Shown here: positions 31,903-40,984 of the stretch, in pieces | Numbering within the stretch: position 1 is the stretch's first letter | Layout of the letters: every line of letters begins with the position of its first letter | Assembly (NCBI GenBank): GCA_013002165.1 | Contig: JABDKO010000243.1 | Coordinates: forward strand, 6,760 to 70,759 | Reading direction: 5' to 3' | DNA: 64,000 nucleotides | From: Rhodothermales bacterium | Lineage (GTDB): Bacteria > Bacteroidota > Rhodothermia > Rhodothermales > JABDKH01 | The notes under the pieces: generated by a model | The model's database searches: none | What the model saw: only the letters and a program-made list of their open reading frames with translations | What the model was told of the DNA's origin: nothing | Program-made: the position numbers and the translations under genes

Positions 31903-34900
31903 GCAACTCTACATAGCTTTGTGCCTGGCGATTGGCTTCTCAGTGATATATGCAACTGAGGTACGTTCTCAGGTTGAGATCGTGATCCAGAGCCAGCCTG
32001 GAAGCGCCGTTGATACGTTCGATCCGCTCGTGGCCGGCAAGACTGCCGGCGAGGATTCGACGCTCAGTAGTGCAGCTTCGCTTCGACGACTTACCAATAT
32101 CGATTCCGCTCCATCGACCGTACACCGAGCATTGATTGCTGAGTTCACGGATTCGCTTTCCGCCCGGGAAGCCATCCAAACTCTTTTGTCTGTTCCGGAC
32201 GTCATATCAGTTGAGTTCAGCAGGTCGTATGCAATTGATGCCGGACATGACGATCCATTTGCCGACTCATCCGCACATCTTCCACTGATCAAGGCACCTG
32301 AGGCATGGTCGATTTCCAAAGGATCGCGAAACGTTCGGGTTGGGCTTGTCGACACCGGCCTCTTCTTTGAGCATCCCGATCTGGCAGGTCAGGTCTGGAT
32401 TAATTCCGGTGAAGACCTCAACGGAAACGGTCAGTTCGACACGACAGATCTCGACGGTGTTGACTCCGACGGAAATGGTTGGATAGACGACGTACGCGGT
32501 TATGACTTTGTCGATCGGCGGCAGGAACTCGAAATGCGCGACTTCCGATTTCGAGACCATGATGCGTCTGATGATGGTTCGGGACACGGTACGAATGTAG
32601 CCGGAATACTCGCTGCTTTATCCGATAACAATTTGGGATCGAGCGGTGTTGCACCCGGCGTATCGATCGTCCCACTCAGAGCGTTTGCCGCAGACGGAAT
32701 AGGTAGTGATGTCGACATCGCGGCAGCAGTGGTTTACGCCGCCGACATGGGCCTGGAGGTTCTGAACCTGTCATTTGGAGACGTCTACGAATCTGCAATC
32801 ATGAGAACGGCTATTGAATATGCAGCGTCGGTCGGGACGACGATTATTGCTTCGGGCGGCAACACAGGGGGCGACTCACCACACTATCCGTCCGACTATC
32901 CACAGGTCATCTCGGTAGTGTGGCTCAACACCGATGGTACCGGTGCTGCGTCTCGAGCGACACATGGTGTTGGAATTGACCTGGGAGCGCCGGGCTCGCA
33001 GATATTTACGACGCTGCTTCCCTTAGGCGATGACGTAGATTCTGACAGTGTTCTTTACGGTCGACGAAGTGGATCATCGATGGCAGCACCCATGGTTGCA
33101 GGCGCCGCAGCGATCTTGAAATCTATTGATCCAGGCCTGACGCCTGTCAATATTCGTGATATTCTTACCGCGTCGGCGTCTGATATCGATTCACCCGGAT
33201 GGGATGACAAAACCGCGGCTGGCAGACTCAATACCTTTGCTGCCGTCACAAGTATTTTGCCCTCTCGAGTCGAGATAACTTCTCCACAAAACAACTCCGG
33301 GATCTCTGCAGATGCGTCCATTACGGGGTATGCTTTGCATGCTGATATGATGGAGTGGTCTGTTCAGATTACTGAGGGCGATTCTGACCTCAACGAGGCA
33401 GTCTGGATCGATTTGAACGGCGGGATAGAACAGGTTTACGACAATACACTCGCGACATTCAGTGTCACGGGACTTTTTGACGGACTGTATACGCTTCGAT
33501 TGATGATGAGGCTCAAGGACGGTAGAGTCATCGAAGATCGAAGACGCGTGTACGTTGATAGAACTCCTCCTGTAGTCGCGGTGCGTTTCGCGGGCCCGGC
33601 GCTGATCGGTTCACGACATGGCATATTTCTGGATATCGAATCAGATGATGTAGCGACGGCAACAATCGAAGTCGGCGGCCACACAAAGACCAGTGACCGA
33701 TTGGCTAGAATTCATGGCCTGCAGTGGGTGGATGCAACACTGGCTGGCGGCTCTATTTCCGCACAACTTCGCGTGGCGAATACTGCGGGACTTGAAACGA
33801 GAATTGACACCGTAATATCTGTCCCGGCGGCTCGTCCTAATGCTGGATTGCTCTCCATAACGGAGACACAGGTGCCAGCCGGATTCCTGCTGCAGCAGCC
33901 AACTGACATGGACGGTGACGGCCTTCGAGAGATTGTGTTCAACCGTTTTGAGGATGGATGGCTCGGTGACACACTTCTAGTCGCAGAGTATTCGGGGGAC
34001 AGTTTCATTCCTGTATTGGTGCAGATTGCCAACGTTTTCCCTCGGGATGCCGGTGACACTGACGGGGATGGTCTGTTGGATATCCTGACACAGGTCGGCC
34101 CGGCCACCCTGATTCTTGAGCAGGTAGAGTCAAATTCTTTCGCTCTTCAGGCGAGTCTGGTCGACACGTCGTCAATTTCAAATCCATCTCAGGATGCGTC
34201 AGTGTGGCCAGCGGCACTGGTTGACGTTGACGATGATGGGACGGATGAGGTGCTCACTCATAACACCTCATCGATCAGAATTCTTCGCGCCGATAACGGA
34301 ACGTTTCAAGAGTTGATCACAATTGACAACCCGACTGGCTTCGACTCGTCAGAACTAAACGAGAACACGTTTGAACAGCCGGCGATACTGGAAGGTGACT
34401 TTGACGGTGACGGCCTCGCCAACTATCTCATTGGAGATGGTGATGGTGATATCATCATGCTGGAGCAAGACGGCAACGGGTCCGTCCGCATATCCTGGTC
34501 GTTCGAAACAGACAGGTATTCGGCAGCAACCCGCTACGGTGCCGGGGACTTTGACGGGGACGGCATTACCGATTTCGTTTCATATACCCGCAACTGGCTT
34601 GCGTCAACAGGTGCGGGCGAGCGGGAGCCTGACCTCGGAATTTACTACTTCTGGCGAAGGACCGGCGACGACAATTATGTACTCGACTACACAGTCGGAG
34701 TCCCGGGAATCATCGATCGACACGGCTCCATGGCCGCACTCGATGTGGATGCTGACGGAAATGACGAACTCGTCCTCATCGATTCACCGGATCTCTTCGT
34801 ACTCGATCGCACAGTGTCCGGAGAGTTTTCAACGGTCTTTTATCTTGAAGCAGATTCGATGAGCGGTCCACGAAGTGCTACAGTGGTCGCCGCCGACTTT

Positions 34901-36094
34901 GAATCCTCAGGACAAACAAAGATAGTCTACGCAGACTCTGACGGGTTCATGCGCATCCTGCAGCCAGTCTCAGCAGCCAGCGATGTCCCGACTCCTGAAT
35001 GGGTCGACTCACGTCCTCTGGGTTCCGACGCAGTTCGTATTGAATGGAGTAGTTATGGTGCCGACTCTGTGACAGTATTTGTTGCCAGAGGCACATCGTC
35101 TTTTGACCCGCTTGTGACGACGGACTCTCCGTTCCTGGTGGACTCAACAGAGTCGATGTCTACCTACGCGCTCGTCGGATGGTTCGGGGGTTTATCCTCA
35201 TCATTGTCGCCGCCAAGACGAATCGATCCACACAACCCTGCTTCTATCGTCGGCATTGAATATCCCACGACCGAGAGCGTAAAGATATCCTTTACCGAAA
35301 AACTACTGGATGAAATAGATGAAGAGGCATTCGAGCTATCCGAAGGCGCAATCGGGTCTGTCTTGCTTGCCGAAGGCGGGCGGGCAGTTCTGGTTAATGC
35401 CACGAATCTACCTAACTCTCGTTCGGTGATGTTAAGATTGATGGACGTGCGTGACGATTCAGGATTGGTAGTTGCCGATGACTCTGTTGCTCTCACATTT
35501 CCGGAACGGACCCGGGACTACCTGGTGATGACATCCTGGGAAGTCCGCCTTTCAGGGGAGGTAACATTGCAGTTTTCCGAGGCGCTTTCCACAACCCCTT
35601 TACCAGATGCCGGCAACTTCGAAGTCAATCCGACGGGCATCGTGCAGGATGTCATATTCGACGCGGCATCTCCATCGCAATTAATTATTCGCTTGTCCGA
35701 CATAAACCTCACCGCAAGTGGGTTGAATCCGACGCTAACGGTCTCAAATCTTTCCTCGGAATCGGGAAAAATGCTTCCGGCTGAGGGTAACACAGTTCGA
35801 TTGATTGCTAACGCTTCGGATCTTTCGAACATCCTGATTTACCCGAATCCGCTTGATGTCACGCTACATGCCGAACAGGTTCGTTTTGCGGGTCTTCCAT
35901 CGGAGACTTCTGTCTCCATATTCACTGTAGACGGCTTGCTTATCCGGCGTTTCTCCAGAACTGAAAGTGCGGGTGAAGTTGTATGGGACACGCAGGATAA
36001 AAATGGTGCTTTGGTGCCGTCGGGAGTTTATCTTGTCCGCTTCGAACATACCGATTCGGAAGATACCATTCGAAAAGTTGCTTTAATCAGATAG
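31877..36094 (+). CDS. Giant secreted S8 subtilisin-like protease with FG-GAP/VCBS-type repeats and a T9SS-type C-terminal sorting domain
   Basis: Signal-like N-terminus. Catalytic triad contexts VGLVDTG, GHGTNVAGI and GSSMAAPMVAGAAA. At least six Ca-binding-like DxDxDG units: DMDGDGLREIV, DTDGDGLLDIL, DVDDDGTDEV, GDFDGDGLANY, GDFDGDGITDF and DVDADGNDELV. The C-terminus is IYPNPL...VSIFTVDGLLIRRF...SGVYLVRF. The start could be ATG 31877 or GTG 31895. Confidence 0.85.
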   Translation: MPGYNEVSRQLYIALCLAIGFSVIYATEVRSQVEIVIQSQPGSAVDTFDPLVAGKTAGEDSTLSSAASLRRLTNIDSAPSTVHRALIAEFTDSLSAREAIQTLLSVPDVISVEFSRSYAIDAGHDDPFADSSAHLPLIKAPEAWSISKGSRNVRVGLVDTGLFFEHPDLAGQVWINSGEDLNGNGQFDTTDLDGVDSDGNGWIDDVRGYDFVDRRQELEMRDFRFRDHDASDDGSGHGTNVAGILAALSDNNLGSSGVAPGVSIVPLRAFAADGIGSDVDIAAAVVYAADMGLEVLNLSFGDVYESAIMRTAIEYAASVGTTIIASGGNTGGDSPHYPSDYPQVISVVWLNTDGTGAASRATHGVGIDLGAPGSQIFTTLLPLGDDVDSDSVLYGRRSGSSMAAPMVAGAAAILKSIDPGLTPVNIRDILTASASDIDSPGWDDKTAAGRLNTFAAVTSILPSRVEITSPQNNSGISADASITGYALHADMMEWSVQITEGDSDLNEAVWIDLNGGIEQVYDNTLATFSVTGLFDGLYTLRLMMRLKDGRVIEDRRRVYVDRTPPVVAVRFAGPALIGSRHGIFLDIESDDVATATIEVGGHTKTSDRLARIHGLQWVDATLAGGSISAQLRVANTAGLETRIDTVISVPAARPNAGLLSITETQVPAGFLLQQPTDMDGDGLREIVFNRFEDGWLGDTLLVAEYSGDSFIPVLVQIANVFPRDAGDTDGDGLLDILTQVGPATLILEQVESNSFALQASLVDTSSISNPSQDASVWPAALVDVDDDGTDEVLTHNTSSIRILRADNGTFQELITIDNPTGFDSSELNENTFEQPAILEGDFDGDGLANYLIGDGDGDIIMLEQDGNGSVRISWSFETDRYSAATRYGAGDFDGDGITDFVSYTRNWLASTGAGEREPDLGIYYFWRRTGDDNYVLDYTVGVPGIIDRHGSMAALDVDADGNDELVLIDSPDLFVLDRTVSGEFSTVFYLEADSMSGPRSATVVAADFESSGQTKIVYADSDGFMRILQPVSAASDVPTPEWVDSRPLGSDAVRIEWSSYGADSVTVFVARGTSSFDPLVTTDSPFLVDSTESMSTYALVGWFGGLSSSLSPPRRIDPHNPASIVGIEYPTTESVKISFTEKLLDEIDEEAFELSEGAIGSVLLAEGGRAVLVNATNLPNSRSVMLRLMDVRDDSGLVVADDSVALTFPERTRDYLVMTSWEVRLSGEVTLQFSEALSTTPLPDAGNFEVNPTGIVQDVIFDAASPSQLIIRLSDINLTASGLNPTLTVSNLSSESGKMLPAEGNTVRLIANASDLSNILIYPNPLDVTLHAEQVRFAGLPSETSVSIFTVDGLLIRRFSRTESAGEVVWDTQDKNGALVPSGVYLVRFEHTDSEDTIRKVALIR

Positions 36095-36122
36095 TTATTA
36101 GCGACACACGCGCAACGCAAGT

Positions 36123-36536
36123 ATGAACAATGACGAGCACACACTTGATCTGATTCTCGCCAGCGATCCGTCAAAGCTCGACTGGTTGGTTAACAAAGTC
36201 GAGGCGTTCTTGCAGGAGCGGATCGACGACGAAGAGTTCATTTATCAGGTCGTGTTATTGACATCCGAGTCGGTTACCAACGGCATGGAGCACGGAAATG
36301 AGTTTGATGCTGACAAGAAGGTATTCGTCTCACTGCGTGTTTTCACCACGTACGTACAATTACGTGTTTCCGATGAGGGTGCTGGATTTGATCGCGCCGA
36401 TGTCGTGGACCCCTTAAAGGAGGACTCTCTGATGCTGGATGGCGGAAGGGGATTGTTTCTTATTGAGCAGATGGCTGATTCCGTCGTCTACGAAGACGGT
36501 GGTCGCACCGTCATCATGCGTATTAAAAGGTCGTAA
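36123..36536 (+). CDS. RsbW/SpoIIAB-like anti-sigma-factor-type serine kinase (HATPase_c only)
   Basis: 137 aa with an N box (ESVTNGMEHGN), a G1 box (DEGAGFD) and a G2 box (GGRGLFLI). Confidence 0.7.
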   Translation: MNNDEHTLDLILASDPSKLDWLVNKVEAFLQERIDDEEFIYQVVLLTSESVTNGMEHGNEFDADKKVFVSLRVFTTYVQLRVSDEGAGFDRADVVDPLKEDSLMLDGGRGLFLIEQMADSVVYEDGGRTVIMRIKRS

Positions 36537-36623
36537 ATCTCTTTCGGTTGAGGCACAGGCATTTCCAGTGATCTGCGCAAATATGTCAGTGTAGGTCTGT
36601 ATTCGATTCTTGTTGCTGCACTC

Positions 36624-38453
36624 GTGTATTTCTCGAGTGATGCAGCGTACCGACCGTATTTTGTTGCCACGACGATCGTTGCATCTCTCGGAATAGTTGT
36701 TTTTTGGGCGACCAATCTCCTTGATACCAGGATCATCATTATTGGCGCGATACTATTCCGGCTTGCATTTCTCTGGATGCCGCCTGAGCTGTCGGACGAT
36801 GCATACAGGTATGTGTGGGATGGGCGGGTAACCGTTGCAGGATACAATCCATACTTGCATACGCCTGAGGACCTGGTTGAAGCGGACTTAATGCTGCCCG
36901 ATTATGTCTATCAACAAATGAACTCCAAATCCCTGTACACAGTCTATCCCCCTGTGTCGCAGTATTTGTTTGCCGCTGGCGGGCTGGTCGAAAAAGCCAC
37001 AGGTTCGTGGACGCTTGCATACTACTTTCTGAAACTTGTTTTCTTCCTACTCGAAGTTATAGCCGTCCTCCTGTTGAGCAAAATTGTTTCGGCTAATAAT
37101 TTGCTACTCTATGCCTGGAACCCTGTCGTACTCATCGAGACAGCCGGGCAGATGCACACAGAGTCCGTGCTGGTATTGCTGCTTGTCGCATCGATCTGGG
37201 CAATGAGACATGAACGAAAAACACTGGCAGCCAGTCTCCTGGCCGGTGCCGTCTGGGTAAAGTTGTATCCGCTTTTCATTCTACCTCTACTTATCCGACG
37301 ACTGCGAATACAAAATCTTGCAATTGCGGCTGGTGTTGGCACGGTCATCGCGCTGCCCTTTATTCAAGGCGACGTTGCTGGAAATGTAGCTTCATCTCTG
37401 AACCTGTATTTCCAATCTTTCGAGTTCAATGCGGGTTTGTACTACGCCATAAAGGAGATTGCCTTTTGGTTTACGGGCGTTGACCAGAGTAAGCTGATTG
37501 GACCCATTTTGCGTAGCGTGTTTTTCGGAGCAGTAGCCTTACTCTATGTTGTCGACTGGCACCGGGACTGGTCATTCCCACGCTCTGTTCTCTGGGTTCT
37601 GGGATTGTACGTTGTTCTTGCCACGACCGTGCATCCATGGTACTTCCTTGGTATTCTCGCCATCATTCCATGCGTCACCGCAAACGATAGTCTGGCTTAT
37701 TTTCGGGTCCGGTGGAACTGGTATGTTGTCGCCGCCCTTTCGATGGGATCATACCTGTTGTACACCGGTCACATCAGCTGGTACTGGGGATTTGTTGTGC
37801 TAGCCTGGGTTGCCTGGCTTGGCCTTTCATTGATAGGGCTGTCGGGACCGGTGCTGGACAAGGTCGTCAGGATTAGAGCGACGCGCAAGTACGAATGGAT
37901 TCGGAAGTATCTCAAGGCCGACTACGGTGGGGAAGTCGTTCTAGACCTTGGAGCGGGGGAGGGTTACATCGGCGAGTATATTCACAGTCGCAACAACGCA
38001 GATGTACTGCTGGTAGATGTTGTTGATTTCAACAAATCACGGCTGCCCCTGATTACGTATGATGGAAGGACGTTACCATGTCCAGATAGCAGCGTTTCCA
38101 CGAGTGTCCTTTATTTTGTGCTGCATCATACCCGGGATCCCGAATCAGTGCTGGACGAAGTTGTACGTGTTACGACGGGTGACATTATTATTGTCGAATC
38201 GACATACCGATCAAAATTCGGTCGTTGGATTCTGACGTGGCTGGATCACCTGGCGAATACACTCCGCTCGCACGGACAGATGGATAACCAGCGCGAGTAT
38301 TTATCATTTCGTCGAGATGAACAATGGCTTTTACTTTTCCACGATCGAGGCCTCGAACTCATCGATGTCGAGCACCGCGGACTCTTGATTCATCACCGTG
38401 TGCTCTATCACTTGCGAACAAATAATCTACCGATGAACGCTGATCGAGTCTAG
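36624..38453 (+). CDS. Fusion of a GT-C-fold membrane glycosyltransferase (GT87/DUF2029/PimE-like) to a class I SAM-dependent methyltransferase
   Basis: About 10 hydrophobic helices, with the first-loop motif PPELSDDAYRYVWDGR. The C-terminal ~200 aa is soluble and carries the SAM motif VVLDLGAGEGYIG and an acidic loop LLVDVVDF. GTG start. Confidence 0.65.
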   Translation: MYFSSDAAYRPYFVATTIVASLGIVVFWATNLLDTRIIIIGAILFRLAFLWMPPELSDDAYRYVWDGRVTVAGYNPYLHTPEDLVEADLMLPDYVYQQMNSKSLYTVYPPVSQYLFAAGGLVEKATGSWTLAYYFLKLVFFLLEVIAVLLLSKIVSANNLLLYAWNPVVLIETAGQMHTESVLVLLLVASIWAMRHERKTLAASLLAGAVWVKLYPLFILPLLIRRLRIQNLAIAAGVGTVIALPFIQGDVAGNVASSLNLYFQSFEFNAGLYYAIKEIAFWFTGVDQSKLIGPILRSVFFGAVALLYVVDWHRDWSFPRSVLWVLGLYVVLATTVHPWYFLGILAIIPCVTANDSLAYFRVRWNWYVVAALSMGSYLLYTGHISWYWGFVVLAWVAWLGLSLIGLSGPVLDKVVRIRATRKYEWIRKYLKADYGGEVVLDLGAGEGYIGEYIHSRNNADVLLVDVVDFNKSRLPLITYDGRTLPCPDSSVSTSVLYFVLHHTRDPESVLDEVVRVTTGDIIIVESTYRSKFGRWILTWLDHLANTLRSHGQMDNQREYLSFRRDEQWLLLFHDRGLELIDVEHRGLLIHHRVLYHLRTNNLPMNADRV

Positions 38454-39421
38454 ATAAGATGATCCCGGAGCGATTCGGCAATTGTCGTTGCCGATGTTGA
38501 TGCTGCGTCAATCCAGTATTTGTCTGGATAGCGTCTGAACCATGTGAGTTGTCGCTTTGCGTATCTGCGACTATCTCTGGCTATCAACCGGGTCATTTCA
38601 GATTCTGTAATGTCGCCGCGAAGGAATTGAATAGCTTCTCGATAACCGGGACTGCGCAGCGGATATAAATCGTCGTACTTTCCTCCATCGCGCAATCCTG
38701 CCACTTCGTCCACCAGTCCGCCGTCAAGCATTTGTGCGACTCGGGAATTTATTCGATCGTACAGTTCCGGTCGGGGACGGTTGAGAACGAACAGGGAGAA
38801 ATCATACGGAAGTTTGAGCGGTGTGCTGTGGAAAGACGAGAGGGTCCGACCAGTGGCACGATATACCTCGAGAGCTCTGACGATCCGCTGCGTTTTTGTC
38901 GGGTCCATCGATTTCGCCGATTCAGGATCGACAGCGGCCAACTCTTGATACAGTTGGTCGAAGCCCAGTCGGGTGCCGGCGTCTTCAATGTCGGTTCGAT
39001 AGTGATTCGGGATCTTTGGAATATCTGCAAGTCCATGAGTCAGCGAAGAAATGTACAGAGTGGACCCGCCGACAACAATCGGGATTTTGTCGCGATCGAC
39101 TATGTCTTGAATGCACGACTGTGCAAGGGACATGAACTTGCCTGCGCTGAATACCTCATCAATTTCCAGAATATCAATCATGTGATGGGGGACCTTCCGG
39201 AGTTCAGCATCGGAGGGTTTTGCCGTGCCAATCGTCATGCCGCGATACACCTGGCGACTGTCGGCATTGACTATTTCTGCGTCGAGTATCGACGCGAGTT
39301 CCAGGCTCACGCTAGTCTTTCCGACACCTGTGGGCCCGGCGATGATTGGAATCGGCGTCAATGGAAATGGGTCAACGTCAGTACTTGATAACGGACGAAT
39401 CAATTTTGTCCGACCAGGCAT
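38450..39421 (-). CDS. miaA: tRNA dimethylallyltransferase
   Basis: P-loop IIAGPTGVGKTS and the motifs VGGSTLY and RQLTWFR. ATG 39421 overlaps the rhodanese gene by 44 nt. TTG 39361 (start MTPIPIIAGPTG) is a plausible non-overlapping alternative. Confidence 0.9.
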   Translation of the reverse strand: MPGRTKLIRPLSSTDVDPFPLTPIPIIAGPTGVGKTSVSLELASILDAEIVNADSRQVYRGMTIGTAKPSDAELRKVPHHMIDILEIDEVFSAGKFMSLAQSCIQDIVDRDKIPIVVGGSTLYISSLTHGLADIPKIPNHYRTDIEDAGTRLGFDQLYQELAAVDPESAKSMDPTKTQRIVRALEVYRATGRTLSSFHSTPLKLPYDFSLFVLNRPRPELYDRINSRVAQMLDGGLVDEVAGLRDGGKYDDLYPLRSPGYREAIQFLRGDITESEMTRLIARDSRRYAKRQLTWFRRYPDKYWIDAASTSATTIAESLRDHLI

Positions 39422-39707
39422 GGACACCGCCTCGCATGTTGACCGCCTTGGAGAAACCACATCCAAGAAGGAAAGAAACAGCCTGAGCCGAGCGACCTCC
39501 GGTTCGGCACAAAACGACTACCCTGGAGTCCCTGTGCTCGCCAAGTTCCGCCAGGCGGTCGGGGAGTTCACCAAGGGGAATTAGGGTTCCGCCAATGTTT
39601 GTCAATTCGAATTCTTCTGTCTCCCGTACGTCAAGGATAAAGACTTCTTCGTCAGAGTCTATCAGGTTCTTGACGCTTTCAACATCTATTTCAGGAATGC
39701 TGGTCAT
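39378..39707 (-). CDS. Single-domain rhodanese-like sulfurtransferase
   Basis: 109 aa with the active-site loop VVLCRTGGRSAQA (C-R-x-G-x-R). Confidence 0.85.
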   Translation of the reverse strand: MTSIPEIDVESVKNLIDSDEEVFILDVRETEEFELTNIGGTLIPLGELPDRLAELGEHRDSRVVVLCRTGGRSAQAVSFLLGCGFSKAVNMRGGVHAWSDKIDSSVIKY

Positions 39708-39722
39708 TTGCGTACAAGGAGT

Positions 39723-40694
39723 CTATTTTGTCGTTTCAATATAATCGGCGGCACTATCTTTTAGCCGATCCTGCTGGTGAATATACACCATTGTTGTTTC
39801 AACATGCTTATGACGGGCATGGTCTTTAACCTGTTGAAGACTGGCGCCGGCTTCTATAGCCAGTGTACACCCTGTATGTCGTAACGTATGTGCACCGACA
39901 TCCATGGGGAGCGCTGCTCTTGCGGCCGTCCGGCGAACCAGCTCATAGATCGCATTCGTAGAGAGTCGCTTTCCTCGTGCGTTGTTACTCAGGGATCTCC
40001 ATACGGCGCCGGAGTCGTATCCGTAATGATTACGAACGGCGTCAATGTCGTCGACGAGGTGATCGGGAATTTTGACATACTGGTCGGCACCGCCCTTCGT
40101 AGAAGGCAGATCCAGTATCCAGTATTTGCCCAGTGGACGTATATGTTCAAAATCCATGGCGGCGGCTTCTGACCTGCGCAGGACACAATAGAGGAGCGTT
40201 TTGATAAGAGCATAATCTCGTATGGCAGCTTCTCCTGCCTCGTGAGTTGCATCCAGAAGCAGATCTGCCTGGTCTCGAGACAGGAAGACTATATGTCTGT
40301 CGCGGCTGCCGGTACTTCTGACTTTGCGAATCAGCTTCCTGTGGGCTGGGTTCTTTTCAATGACCTCAACAGCTTCCAGCCATTCAAAGAATCCACGAAT
40401 GGCGGCGACACGACGCTTTATCGTCGAGGGCCGCGCTCCTTCCGTTTCCAGATGCGCAATATGCTCATTCACATGTAGGAACGAGGCTCGCCGAACGAGT
40501 CGCGCATTGATAAAATCAGTGCCGAAGAATTGAATCAGGTCACTGCGATACGCACGTCGGGTCTGCTCGCGGTCGAAACGATGTAGATACGCGGGTAGAA
40601 GGTTTACATCGTCAGACGTAAGATCGGCCAGATCCAGACGGGGTAGGTTCGCCTGCGTGCGAGCTAGAGCTTTACGATTTGCTTTTTTTGGCAC
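39723..40694 (-). CDS. Tyrosine site-specific recombinase / phage-integrase family
   Basis: N-terminal SAM-like core-binding domain (IKRRVAAIRGFFEWL). Catalytic residues in LRRSEAAAM (R), HTLRHTGCT (H-x-x-R) and HKHVETTMVYIH (H...Y). GTG start. Confidence 0.85.
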   Translation of the reverse strand: MPKKANRKALARTQANLPRLDLADLTSDDVNLLPAYLHRFDREQTRRAYRSDLIQFFGTDFINARLVRRASFLHVNEHIAHLETEGARPSTIKRRVAAIRGFFEWLEAVEVIEKNPAHRKLIRKVRSTGSRDRHIVFLSRDQADLLLDATHEAGEAAIRDYALIKTLLYCVLRRSEAAAMDFEHIRPLGKYWILDLPSTKGGADQYVKIPDHLVDDIDAVRNHYGYDSGAVWRSLSNNARGKRLSTNAIYELVRRTAARAALPMDVGAHTLRHTGCTLAIEAGASLQQVKDHARHKHVETTMVYIHQQDRLKDSAADYIETTK

Positions 40695-40984
40695 TGGCGT
40701 GACATCCGGTTCGTGGCCGTTTGGTCTCTCGAACGGGACAAGTTTTTGAGTAGTTCCGTCAACCTGAAGTCAACCCCAGATAGGTCAGTACAGGATATTC
40801 AGGATGCATTTTTTGGAATCGCCTGTTAGTAATGTATGAAAGGCCTTTAAATCGTTGGTGTAAGAGGATATATTCGTGGCAGGAGGCAGTCTTGCCACAT
40901 CTTCCATCCAGTTCCTGGTCCCGGTTTGTTGTGGTTTATACGAGACTATTGAACTTTTTTATTTCTGTAAGTCCGAGAGGAAAC

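Noticed and set aside
38732-39388. 218-aa plus-strand ORF.
   Set aside because: It is antisense to miaA, whose P-loop and family motifs are clear.
40681-40691. A7 homopolymer (on the minus strand) right after the recombinase start codon, as a possible phase-variation tract.
   Set aside because: It encodes Lys-Lys in a basic N-terminus. Seven residues is short for slipped-strand switching, and similar A7-A8 runs occur inside ordinary genes here (8369-8377, 61181-61188).
40832-40984. 51-codon N-terminal extension of the zinc metalloprotease in the ORF track.
   Set aside because: The extension is not signal-like. The internal ATG 40985 is preceded by GAGAGG and begins a textbook lipoprotein signal (…LVLMMIQGC).
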